41,780 nucleotides of DNA from a virus. Lineage: Duplodnaviria > Caudoviricetes. Below the pieces are notes generated by a model. That model worked only from the letters and a program-made list of their open reading frames with translations, was not told the origin of the DNA and searched no databases. Numbering within the stretch: position 1 is the stretch's first letter; every line of letters begins with the position of its first letter. Positions 34,160 through 41,780 of this stretch are shown piece after piece. The translations under genes were made by a program, and so were the position numbers. The stretch is from the IMG/VR virus record IMGVR_UViG_3300022407_003708, positions 1-41,780 of that record, one strand, 5' to 3'.

Positions 34160-36274
34160 ATGTCCATCACCAAAGCTGAACGCTTAGCCGCAATCCACGA
34201 CAAGGCGTGTAAAGCCTTCGACCTGGCTTACTGCCCCAACCAGGACACGCGCTTGGCGTGCCTGTCAGATCGCCGATTCGTGTATATCGAGGGCGCGCAG
34301 TGGGAGGGGAACCTACAGAATCAGTTCGAAAACCGCCCGCGCTTTGAGGTGAACAAGATCCTCGACAGCCTCATGCGCATTTTCAACGAGTACCGCAACA
34401 ACCGGGTAACCGTCGACTTTCGGGCCAAGGATGACGCGGCCAGCGATGAGACGGCCGACGTGTTGAACGGCCTGTACCGCGCGGACGAGCAGGAAAGCAA
34501 CGCGGACGAGGCCTACGATAACGCCTTCGACGAGGGCACCGCCGGGGGCTTTGGTGCGTGGCGCCTGCGGGCCAAGTATGAGGACGAAACCAGCGAAGAC
34601 GACGAGCGCCAGCGCATTTGCATGGAACCCATCTACGACGCCGACACCTCGGTGTTCTTCGATGCCGACGCCAAGCGCCAGGACAAGTCGGACGCGACCC
34701 GTTGCTGGGTTATCTACACCATGTCCCACGAAGCCTACAAAGAAACCTATGGCTATGAGGTCGACCCGGCCAGCTTCAACAAGGTCGAGAACCTGGCCCG
34801 CTTCGACTGGTACACGCCGAGCGTGGTCTACATCGCCGAATATTACGAAGTCAGCATCAAGAAACGGAAGTTCCACTTTTTCCGGCTGGCCGCGCTGCCC
34901 GACGAAGCGCCAATCAAGGTGGCCGACGAAGACTTAGACGAGGAAAAGCTGGCCGATCTGCAAGCCAAGGGCTATATCGAGTCGCGCCAGAAAACCATCG
35001 ATAAGCGCTTCATTCACAAGTACATCATGGACGGCCGCCAGATCCTGGAGGACTGCGGGGTGATCGCCGGGGAGTACATCCCAATCATTCCGTTCTATGG
35101 CAAGCGGATGTTCATCGACAACAAGGAACGCATGTTTGGCCACACCCGGCCGATGAAAGATGCCCAGCGCATTTACAACATGGAAATCAGTTCCCTGGCC
35201 GAGCAGGCTTCACAGTTCGGTGAATCGATCCCTATCCTGACGCCTGAACAGGTCGCCGGTTTCGAAAACGATTGGGCCGACAAGAACGTCAAGAAGCCCG
35301 CCTACCTGCTGTTGCACCCGATGACCGACGCCCAGGGCCAAATCCTGCCAGCCGGCCCCATCGGTTACACCCAGCCGCCGGTCATCCCTCCAGCGCTCCA
35401 GGGCCTTATCCAACTGGCTGGCCAGGATCTGCTGGAACTGGGCGGCAACCAGCAGCAGGGAGACGAGATTGTTTCGAACATTTCCGCCAAGGCTGTAGAG
35501 CTGGTCCAGTCCCGCCTGGACATGAAAACGTTCATCTACATGGACAACTTCAAGAAGGCGATGCGCCAAAGCGGCGTGGTCTGGCGCTCAATGACGCGCG
35601 CCCTGTATGACGAGGAAGGCCGGAAAATGAAAACGGTCAACCGCGACGGCACCGAAGATGAGGTGACCCTCAAGGAACCGGTAACCCAGGACGGCCAGAC
35701 CGTGGTCACCAACGACCTGACATCGGGCCGTTATGACGTGGTGGTCGACGTCGGCCCATCGTTCGTCACCAAGCGCGACAAGACCGTGCGCGCGCTGCTG
35801 GGCATCCTGCAATTTATCGAGGATCCACAGATGAAAGCGGCGGTGGTCGGCATGATCATGCAGAACGTGGACGGCGAAGGGATGGACGATCTACGGGCGT
35901 TCGCACGCAAGGGCCTGGTAGCGGCCGGCGTGATCAAACCCACCGAGGAGGAGGAAAAGCAGCTGGAGGAGGCGAAGGCCCAGCAACAGCCGAGCGCCCA
36001 GGACAAGTTCCTGCTGGCCAGCGCCGCCGAAACGGAATCGAAAATCGCGCTCAACCAAGCCAACGCCGACAAGGCTATGGCCCAAGCACAGGAAATGCTG
36101 ACCGCATCCGCGAAGAACGAGGCCGATGCCGCGCACACCCTGGCAGAAATCCAGGCGGCCATGGGTCAGCTGCTGGCCGTTGTGGGCGCTTTGAGCCAGC
36201 CGACCCAGCAACCGGCGCCGCAACCGCAGATCGCCCCGCCTGCGCAGCCTGAGCCCCCGCCCCCTGCGCTTTGA
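34160..36274 (+). CDS. Portal protein (P22 gp1-like)
   Basis: 704 aa with 'GAQW', 'NRPRFEVNK', 'KDAQRIYN', 'YDVVVDVGPS' and a helical C-terminal barrel region. Confidence 0.95.
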   Translation: MSITKAERLAAIHDKACKAFDLAYCPNQDTRLACLSDRRFVYIEGAQWEGNLQNQFENRPRFEVNKILDSLMRIFNEYRNNRVTVDFRAKDDAASDETADVLNGLYRADEQESNADEAYDNAFDEGTAGGFGAWRLRAKYEDETSEDDERQRICMEPIYDADTSVFFDADAKRQDKSDATRCWVIYTMSHEAYKETYGYEVDPASFNKVENLARFDWYTPSVVYIAEYYEVSIKKRKFHFFRLAALPDEAPIKVADEDLDEEKLADLQAKGYIESRQKTIDKRFIHKYIMDGRQILEDCGVIAGEYIPIIPFYGKRMFIDNKERMFGHTRPMKDAQRIYNMEISSLAEQASQFGESIPILTPEQVAGFENDWADKNVKKPAYLLLHPMTDAQGQILPAGPIGYTQPPVIPPALQGLIQLAGQDLLELGGNQQQGDEIVSNISAKAVELVQSRLDMKTFIYMDNFKKAMRQSGVVWRSMTRALYDEEGRKMKTVNRDGTEDEVTLKEPVTQDGQTVVTNDLTSGRYDVVVDVGPSFVTKRDKTVRALLGILQFIEDPQMKAAVVGMIMQNVDGEGMDDLRAFARKGLVAAGVIKPTEEEEKQLEEAKAQQQPSAQDKFLLASAAETESKIALNQANADKAMAQAQEMLTASAKNEADAAHTLAEIQAAMGQLLAVVGALSQPTQQPAPQPQIAPPAQPEPPPPAL

Positions 36275-36349
36275 TGCAAACTTTGTGGTATATACTCGGT
36301 TTCAGGCATCCATCAGCCTCAATGATGAGTGATAACGAAGGGTTAACGT

Positions 36350-37237
36350 ATGAAAACGGCAGAAAACGAACAGGACGACAACGAGCTGAACCTCGACGAT
36401 CAAACCGACCTGACCCCCGAGGAGCTTGCCGCGCAACAAGCTCTGTTGGACCAGGAAAACGAGGACGGCCCTGTGTCGATCACCCTGGGCGATGCATCCC
36501 CGCCAGGTGCAGCGGACGAGGAAGAAGCGGACGACGAAAGCGCGCCGGCCTGGGTCAAGGAAGTACGCCAGACCAACCGCGAGCTGAACCGGAAACTTCG
36601 GGAACAGGAACTGGAGCTGAAACAGCTCAAGGCACCGAAGCCCCAGCAACAACCGGACTTGCCCGTCATCGGTGCAAAGCCAACCCTGGAAAGCAGCGAC
36701 TACGACGAGGAAGCATTCGAAGCCGCGCTAACCAAATGGCACGACGACAAACGCAAGGTGGAGGATCACAAGGCAAAGATCCAACGCGAACAGCAGGAGC
36801 GCGAGACAGAAAACCAGAAGGTTCTCCAGTCCTATCAGGAATCGGCGGCAAAGCTTAAGGTTCCCGACTTCAAGGATGCTGAACAGCTGGTTTCGATCAC
36901 ACTGTCAGACGTGCAAAAGGCCCTGATCCTGGAGGGTGCGGCCAACCCTGCAACGCTGGTCTATGCCTTGGGCAATGCCCCGGAAAAGCTGAAAGAACTC
37001 GCCGCGATTACCAACCCTTTGAAATTTACAATCGCGTTCGCAAAACTTGAGGAAAAAGTCAAAGTGACCAAACGTACCGATAAGCCAGCACCAGAAAGCG
37101 GCATCCCTCGTTCCGGTGGTACCTCCCGCGTCAATGGCGTGGATAAGGAACTTGAGCGCCTGGAAGCCGAGGCAGAACGGACGGGCGACCGCACCAAGAT
37201 TCAGGCCTACAAGCGGAGCTTGCGCGATAAGAAGTGA
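36350..37237 (+). CDS. Scaffolding protein
   Basis: Acidic N-terminus, coiled coil and basic C-terminus; between portal and coat. Confidence 0.88.
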   Translation: MKTAENEQDDNELNLDDQTDLTPEELAAQQALLDQENEDGPVSITLGDASPPGAADEEEADDESAPAWVKEVRQTNRELNRKLREQELELKQLKAPKPQQQPDLPVIGAKPTLESSDYDEEAFEAALTKWHDDKRKVEDHKAKIQREQQERETENQKVLQSYQESAAKLKVPDFKDAEQLVSITLSDVQKALILEGAANPATLVYALGNAPEKLKELAAITNPLKFTIAFAKLEEKVKVTKRTDKPAPESGIPRSGGTSRVNGVDKELERLEAEAERTGDRTKIQAYKRSLRDKK

Positions 37238-37272
37238 CCCTACTTATCAGCTTGCATTGAGGATTTTCAGAC

Positions 37273-38550
37273 ATGGCTAACGCATTTAGCAAAGAAGAAC
37301 GGGTAGCGTTTGATCAGCTGCTTGAAGGCTTTAACGACCTGTTGGTGATGTCGCGCGCCGTCAAGGTGTTCAGCAACGATCAAACCATGATGGCCCGCAC
37401 CAACGACATCATCTGGCGCCCACAGCCGTACATTGGCCTGTCGTACACCGGTCTGGACCAAACCGGCAACTTCAAGGATCAGACCCAATTGTCGGTCCCT
37501 GCGCGCATCAACCAGTACAAGGTCAGCCCGTTTCAAATGACCGTGCTGGAACTGCGTGACGCCCTCCAGGAAAACCGCCTGGGTGATGCTGCCAAGCAGA
37601 AGCTGGCATCGGACATCAACGTGTTCATCACCAACTTGGCCGCCCAACAGGGCACCCTGGTGGTGAAACGCACCGTTGCCGCGTCGGGTTATGACGATCT
37701 GGCACAGTGCGATGCGCTGATGAACGAACAGGGCGTGACCGCGAGCGTAGGCCGCCGTATGGCTGCATTCTCGTCCCGCGATTACAACGCCATGGCCGGT
37801 AACCTGGCTGGCCGCCAGACCATCAACGAACTGCCACGCACTGCATACTCCCGCGCCCTGGTGGGTTCGGACATTGCCGGCTTCGACGTTCTCAAGATGG
37901 ACTATGCGGTGCGCCTTGCCGCTGCTACTGCAACTGGCGTGACCATTACCGGCGCCAACCAGTTCTACACCCCAGCAGCGACCACTACCGACATCAACGG
38001 CGGTGGCGTGAACGTGGACAACCGCTATCAAACCATCGGTATTACTGTGGGTGCCTCGACTGTGAAAGTCGGCGATGCCTTCACGATTACCGGTGTGAAC
38101 GCGGTTCACCACATCACCAAGCAGGACACAGGCCAGCTGAAAACCTTCCGCGTGGTGGCTATCGTCACTGGCGCAGGCGGTACCGGTACCATTCAAATCT
38201 CCCCGCCGATCATTTCCGGCCAGGGCGGTACCGTCGCCGAACTGCAATACCAGAACGTCACCGCGACCCCGGCGGCCCTGGCGCCTATCGTGTTCCTGAA
38301 CACCCAAACCGCATCGGTCAACCCGTTCTGGGTCGAAGACGCCATCGAGATTCTGCCGGGCCGTGTGGCCTACCCAACCGATGCTGGCATGCAGGTAATG
38401 CGCGCCACCACCGACCAGGGTATTGAAGTGGTCATGGTCAAGCAGGGCGACATCAACACCGGTCTGATCAAGTACCGCGTTGATACGTTCTTCGGGGGCG
38501 TCATGAACAACCCTGAAATGTGCGGTATCGAGTTGTTCAACCAGACTTGA
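37273..38550 (+). CDS. Major capsid protein (P22 gp5 family)
   Basis: 'MANAFSKEE', 'IWRPQP', 'VDNR' and 'KVGDAFTITGVNAVH.ITKQ.TG.LKTF'. Confidence 0.95.
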   Translation: MANAFSKEERVAFDQLLEGFNDLLVMSRAVKVFSNDQTMMARTNDIIWRPQPYIGLSYTGLDQTGNFKDQTQLSVPARINQYKVSPFQMTVLELRDALQENRLGDAAKQKLASDINVFITNLAAQQGTLVVKRTVAASGYDDLAQCDALMNEQGVTASVGRRMAAFSSRDYNAMAGNLAGRQTINELPRTAYSRALVGSDIAGFDVLKMDYAVRLAAATATGVTITGANQFYTPAATTTDINGGGVNVDNRYQTIGITVGASTVKVGDAFTITGVNAVHHITKQDTGQLKTFRVVAIVTGAGGTGTIQISPPIISGQGGTVAELQYQNVTATPAALAPIVFLNTQTASVNPFWVEDAIEILPGRVAYPTDAGMQVMRATTDQGIEVVMVKQGDINTGLIKYRVDTFFGGVMNNPEMCGIELFNQT

Positions 38551-38574
38551 TTCCACCCACCCGCGCGACAAGAG

Positions 38575-38599
38575 AGGGGGCCAGCCGGTCCCCTTTTTT
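38575..38599 (+). terminator. Intrinsic terminator after the coat gene
   Basis: AGGGGGCC-AGCC-GGTCCCCT-TTTTT. Confidence 0.8.
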
Positions 38600-38613
38600 C
38601 TAGGAGACAGATC

Positions 38614-39060
38614 ATGACCGACCAACAACGTGAATTCCTCGAAAAAACCATGCTGTTCCAACCCGGCACTGAACAAGTTATTTGGGGGATCCCCCTGAAT
38701 ACGCTTGAGGTCGACGCCCACGAGGTGGACGAATACCTGGCTGATGGCTGGTACCAGCACCCGTTCCATGTGCGTGACGCTGTAGAGGCCGAACGCGTGC
38801 GCTTGCTGGAGGAAGCCGAAGCCAAGGAAGCGGCCGAGAAAAAGCGCCTACAGGATGAGGCTGACGCCGAAGCCGAGAAAAAGCGCCTTGCCGACGAGGA
38901 AGCGGCCTTGAAGCTGGCCAACGACGAGCGCGCCAAAGCCGACAACGAGCTGAAAGCGAAGCTGCTGGCGGAAGCCGATGAACTGAAAATCAAGGTCGAT
39001 AAGCGCTGGGGTACTGCCACCCTCCAGGAAGCCATCGACGAGGCGAAAAAAGCCAAATGA
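38614..39060 (+). CDS. Hypothetical protein with a charged E/A/K-rich region
   Basis: AGGAG SD; 'EYLADGW' and 'KVDKRWG..TL'. Confidence 0.8.
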   Translation: MTDQQREFLEKTMLFQPGTEQVIWGIPLNTLEVDAHEVDEYLADGWYQHPFHVRDAVEAERVRLLEEAEAKEAAEKKRLQDEADAEAEKKRLADEEAALKLANDERAKADNELKAKLLAEADELKIKVDKRWGTATLQEAIDEAKKAK

Positions 39061-39554
39061 CCACGCGCCGCGACATCATCTATCAGGCCTATGGCGAGCT
39101 GGGGCTCGCAGAATACAACTTTGATATTTCCCCCGAGGAAATGGCCACCGCGCGCCGCCGGCTGGATTCGATGATGGCGCAGTGGGAAACAATCGTGTCC
39201 ATCGGCTATTACATGCCATCGAACCCGGACGACTCGGACGTCGACGACGAAACCAACCTGCCACAGGGTGTTATCGACGCGGTGGCGCTGAATCTGGCAA
39301 TGCGCTTGGCGCCAGGTCTTGGCAAAACCCCGTCGACTATCACGATGAGCGAAGCCAGGATCGGTAAAAACTACGTCCTGGCCCAGTTCGCAGTGATCCC
39401 GCAAAAGCAGTATTCCGGCAATCTGCCGGTGGGGTCGGGGAACAAGCCGCTACCTGGATGGAACGGCTATTTCAGGCCTCGGAACAGGGTGACGATTACG
39501 GAAAATGGGCCAGCCCTCCAGAACGACCAGGGCGACCCATTCACCACTAACTAG
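39057..39554 (+). CDS. Head-tail adaptor, P22 gp4-like
   Basis: 'RLDSMMAQW', 'NLAMRLAP' and 'LPVGSGNK'. Confidence 0.88.
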   Translation: MTTRRDIIYQAYGELGLAEYNFDISPEEMATARRRLDSMMAQWETIVSIGYYMPSNPDDSDVDDETNLPQGVIDAVALNLAMRLAPGLGKTPSTITMSEARIGKNYVLAQFAVIPQKQYSGNLPVGSGNKPLPGWNGYFRPRNRVTITENGPALQNDQGDPFTTN

Positions 39555-40275
39555 CCACCACGTCCCAGCTGGCCCCGTTGTATTGCACTTGATAAACCGC
39601 GTACTGGACGCCCACCGCAATGGTGGGCGCGCCATCAATCAGCAAAGCCCCCGCGTCAATCGTTACCACGTTCGCCGACGCATCCACCTTCTTGATCGTT
39701 ACCAGCTGGAGCAGATCCGGTACCGCTGGCAATGCCACGGTAAAGCCTGCGCCTGTAGCGTCTGCGCGCACGGTCAATGGCTGATAGGCCGGCGCAGCCA
39801 CGACAGCATAGGCGGCGGTGGCATTGACCACTGCGGGAGCGAACGGCGGCGTGGCTGCTGGAATGTCTGGAAAGATGGGTGGCCTAATTTCCACCAGTTG
39901 GTTCTCCAGTTCGTCCACCTTGCGCCGTAATGCCTGAATTGCTTGGTCTGGCGCCTGGACCAGTGACGACTGATCAGCCACAGCGGCCGCCAGCTGCTGT
40001 AGGAGTGAGGCCGCACTATCAAGCGCCTGGATGGCCAGGGATAGTTCCTCGATCGCCTGCTTATCGGTGTTGGCGCTGCCCTGGGCGGCGTTGGCCACCT
40101 CGGCCGCGTTCACGATCAGCTCCAGCAGGACCGCGAAGTTATCCGGCGCCACCTGCGTGGTATCCGTCCATAGGTTTTCAAGGTAGCGAATCAACTTTGG
40201 GTCTTTGGTCAACTGAGCCAGCAAGCGCCGATCTGGTGGCGATGACGCTGGGTTTCGCTGATTGATATCAACCAT
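39547..40275 (-). CDS. Putative tail needle/fibre protein (gp26 position), 242 aa
   Basis: GGAGG SD; overlaps the gp10-like stop; coiled coil followed by a C-terminal beta domain ('VALPA...VTIKKVDASANVVTI') resembling the C-terminus of the 130-1389 product. Confidence 0.68.
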   Translation of the reverse strand: MVDINQRNPASSPPDRRLLAQLTKDPKLIRYLENLWTDTTQVAPDNFAVLLELIVNAAEVANAAQGSANTDKQAIEELSLAIQALDSAASLLQQLAAAVADQSSLVQAPDQAIQALRRKVDELENQLVEIRPPIFPDIPAATPPFAPAVVNATAAYAVVAAPAYQPLTVRADATGAGFTVALPAVPDLLQLVTIKKVDASANVVTIDAGALLIDGAPTIAVGVQYAVYQVQYNGASWDVVAS

Positions 40276-41689
40276 TTGCCAAGCCCTCCAGTTCGGCATC
40301 CAGCCGCATGAACGAAACCACCGCAGCGTTGGCGCCCCGGTACCGGAACGACATGAAGTTTTCGAACTTGATTTTCGGGCGGTAGGCAATGCGCTTGGCC
40401 CGCTGTCCGTTGCGGCCCAGGCTGATAGAGCGTTCATTGCCCCAGGTCGCGCCGTCCTGCGTCCAGGACAGGAAGCACGTCGGGTCGGTCGATACTTCCG
40501 CACGCCCGGGTGTGCCTGTCAGCTCCAGCGAACTCACGATTGCCGAATTCGTCTCGTTGAAAACCAGCACCGTATCGAAGCGCCAGCCCACCTCTACGTC
40601 GTATTGCGTGAAGATGTCCGGCCGCAGCTCACCAATGCGCGGTTCCACCAGGTCATCCATCAGCCAGCGGTTGTAGGCGAACAGGAAGTGGCGGCCCTGC
40701 AAAGGCTTGGTGAAGTCGGTAGACGATGACAGCTGATACCAAACCGGCGTTTCCATGGCGATGGATGCCGCGGCGTCATAAACCAGGGTGTGGCGCTCCA
40801 GGCCGATGTACAGGCTTTGGTGCTTGCGATGCATGCGGTATTCAGCGGTACCCACGGCCAGTTCCTCCTCGGTGTACGTGGCCAGAATGTCCTCAATTTC
40901 CCGGGTAGCCACCTTGGTGGCGTTGCCGCCCGACCCCAGGTAGACCGAACAGGGCTCATTCTTGCCGCCGCCCACGAATGCCACCACCTGGTCAAAGGCG
41001 CAAGCCATGTGCGTGCCTACCGCGCCCTTTTCGATAATCGCGCCGTTGTTGCGTGCGAAGGGGAAGCCGGCGCCGCCGACGTCGCTGAATACCTCGATGG
41101 TGTTCCGGTTCACTGCCAGCAGTTCCTGGCGAATCTTGATCACCCGCTTTACCGGGTCGGGGTCGGCTTCGGATGAGCCGTATTTGAGGGGGTCGACCTT
41201 GTTGGGGTCATTCAGTTCGGTGACCACGATAGACACGCCGTCTGTGGTGACAAAATAGCCGTCCATCCATTCCAGGCTGATCACGGGGCCCAGGTCCAAA
41301 TCGGTGACCTTGGACAGTAGGCCGCCCTTGAGGTAGTACAGGCTGCGCGCCGAGGCGATGGCCAAGCGGTCGAACGAATACACCATCTGCGCGTCCAGGC
41401 CGTCATCCCCCACATACCCGATAGGTTCGATAACGCCCGTGCTTTGGATGCTGCACAGCTGATCGCCGATCACCCAGTACGCCACACCATTCCAGAAGAT
41501 TGACGCGCGCCCACGGCCTGTAATGGCTGGATTGCCATTGTCAAAGCGGCTGATGCCCTCGGCGGTGCGCAGGTAACCGGCGGAAACACCGCTTTGGCGC
41601 GGTACCGGTACCAAGTTGATCGGATAGCTGGCTTTGATGTCTACGCCCGACTCCCCGGTGATTCCAGACAAGATGCTAACCTGCGTCAT
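40268..41689 (-). CDS. Tail hub / packaged-DNA stabilization protein, P22 gp10-like
   Basis: 473 aa with 'YPINLVP', 'DGYFV', 'SEADPD', 'TIEVF...G...FPF' and 'DGATWGNE'. Confidence 0.92.
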   Translation of the reverse strand: MTQVSILSGITGESGVDIKASYPINLVPVPRQSGVSAGYLRTAEGISRFDNGNPAITGRGRASIFWNGVAYWVIGDQLCSIQSTGVIEPIGYVGDDGLDAQMVYSFDRLAIASARSLYYLKGGLLSKVTDLDLGPVISLEWMDGYFVTTDGVSIVVTELNDPNKVDPLKYGSSEADPDPVKRVIKIRQELLAVNRNTIEVFSDVGGAGFPFARNNGAIIEKGAVGTHMACAFDQVVAFVGGGKNEPCSVYLGSGGNATKVATREIEDILATYTEEELAVGTAEYRMHRKHQSLYIGLERHTLVYDAAASIAMETPVWYQLSSSTDFTKPLQGRHFLFAYNRWLMDDLVEPRIGELRPDIFTQYDVEVGWRFDTVLVFNETNSAIVSSLELTGTPGRAEVSTDPTCFLSWTQDGATWGNERSISLGRNGQRAKRIAYRPKIKFENFMSFRYRGANAAVVSFMRLDAELEGLANG

Positions 41690-41780
41690 AACGGTGGCCC
41701 TGTGTGATTTTTAACCAGTGTCAAGCATTGTATGAAAAAATGTCTCGCCCGTTCCGAATATCGCCTACCAGGGGAATAAA
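41654..41780. repeat. Terminal direct repeat, copy 2 (circular assembly overlap)
   Basis: Identical to 1-127. Confidence 0.95.

Noticed and set aside
36271-36349. Scaffold promoter and autoregulatory hairpin (TATACT; CATCA/TGATG)
   Set aside because: Plausible by analogy to P22, but the -35 spacing is poor and the stem is only 5 bp, so support is insufficient.
37267-38769. Long antisense ORFs (e.g. 37267-38769, 2787-3803, 19352-20560, 17019-18056)
   Set aside because: Shadow ORFs expected opposite GC-rich genes with biased codon usage; no SD or recognisable motifs, unlike the same-strand nested MTase frame.
41654-41780. 127-bp terminal repeat as a biological DTR
   Set aside because: The length matches an assembler k-mer overlap, and a P22-like terminase implies headful packaging with circular permutation.
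39540-41780. Active invertible (Gin/Cin-type) tail segment
   Set aside because: No inverted recombination sites beyond chance 6-mers and no invertase. The overlapping convergent stop codons suggest a fixed arrangement.

Overview
The window is a complete, circularly assembled ~41.65 kb genome of a P22-like podovirus. Bases 1-127 repeat exactly at 41654-41780. High GC and gene content suggest a Pseudomonas-type host (inference only). It has four regions: (i) virion and lysis genes on + (130-12490); (ii) a leftward early arm (12528-24271) with a Topo VI-A-like 'Mini-A' protein, DEDDh exonuclease, C5 DNA methyltransferase, Rad50/SMC-like ATPase, FtsK-gamma protein, RecT and YqaJ; (iii) a rightward early arm (24440-30862) with an HTH regulator, O/P-like replication genes and RusA; (iv) a tRNA-Met followed by a structured non-coding tract, then a holin, terminase, portal, scaffold, coat and gp4. 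I could not recognise an integrase, CI-type repressor, Q antiterminator or SSB. The most notable features are: a dual-coded two-subunit methyltransferase whose nested, SD-equipped second frame carries motif IX and six tandem 'GWxT' modules; an initiator-like tRNA with a non-canonical anticodon loop followed by a candidate ncRNA; a 2OG-Fe(II) hydroxylase plus GNAT pair inside the virion operon; a gp10/needle gene block inverted relative to all other structural genes; and an unannotated 54-aa protein ending in an SSB-like DIPF tail. All family assignments come from reading motifs by eye; no database search was run.
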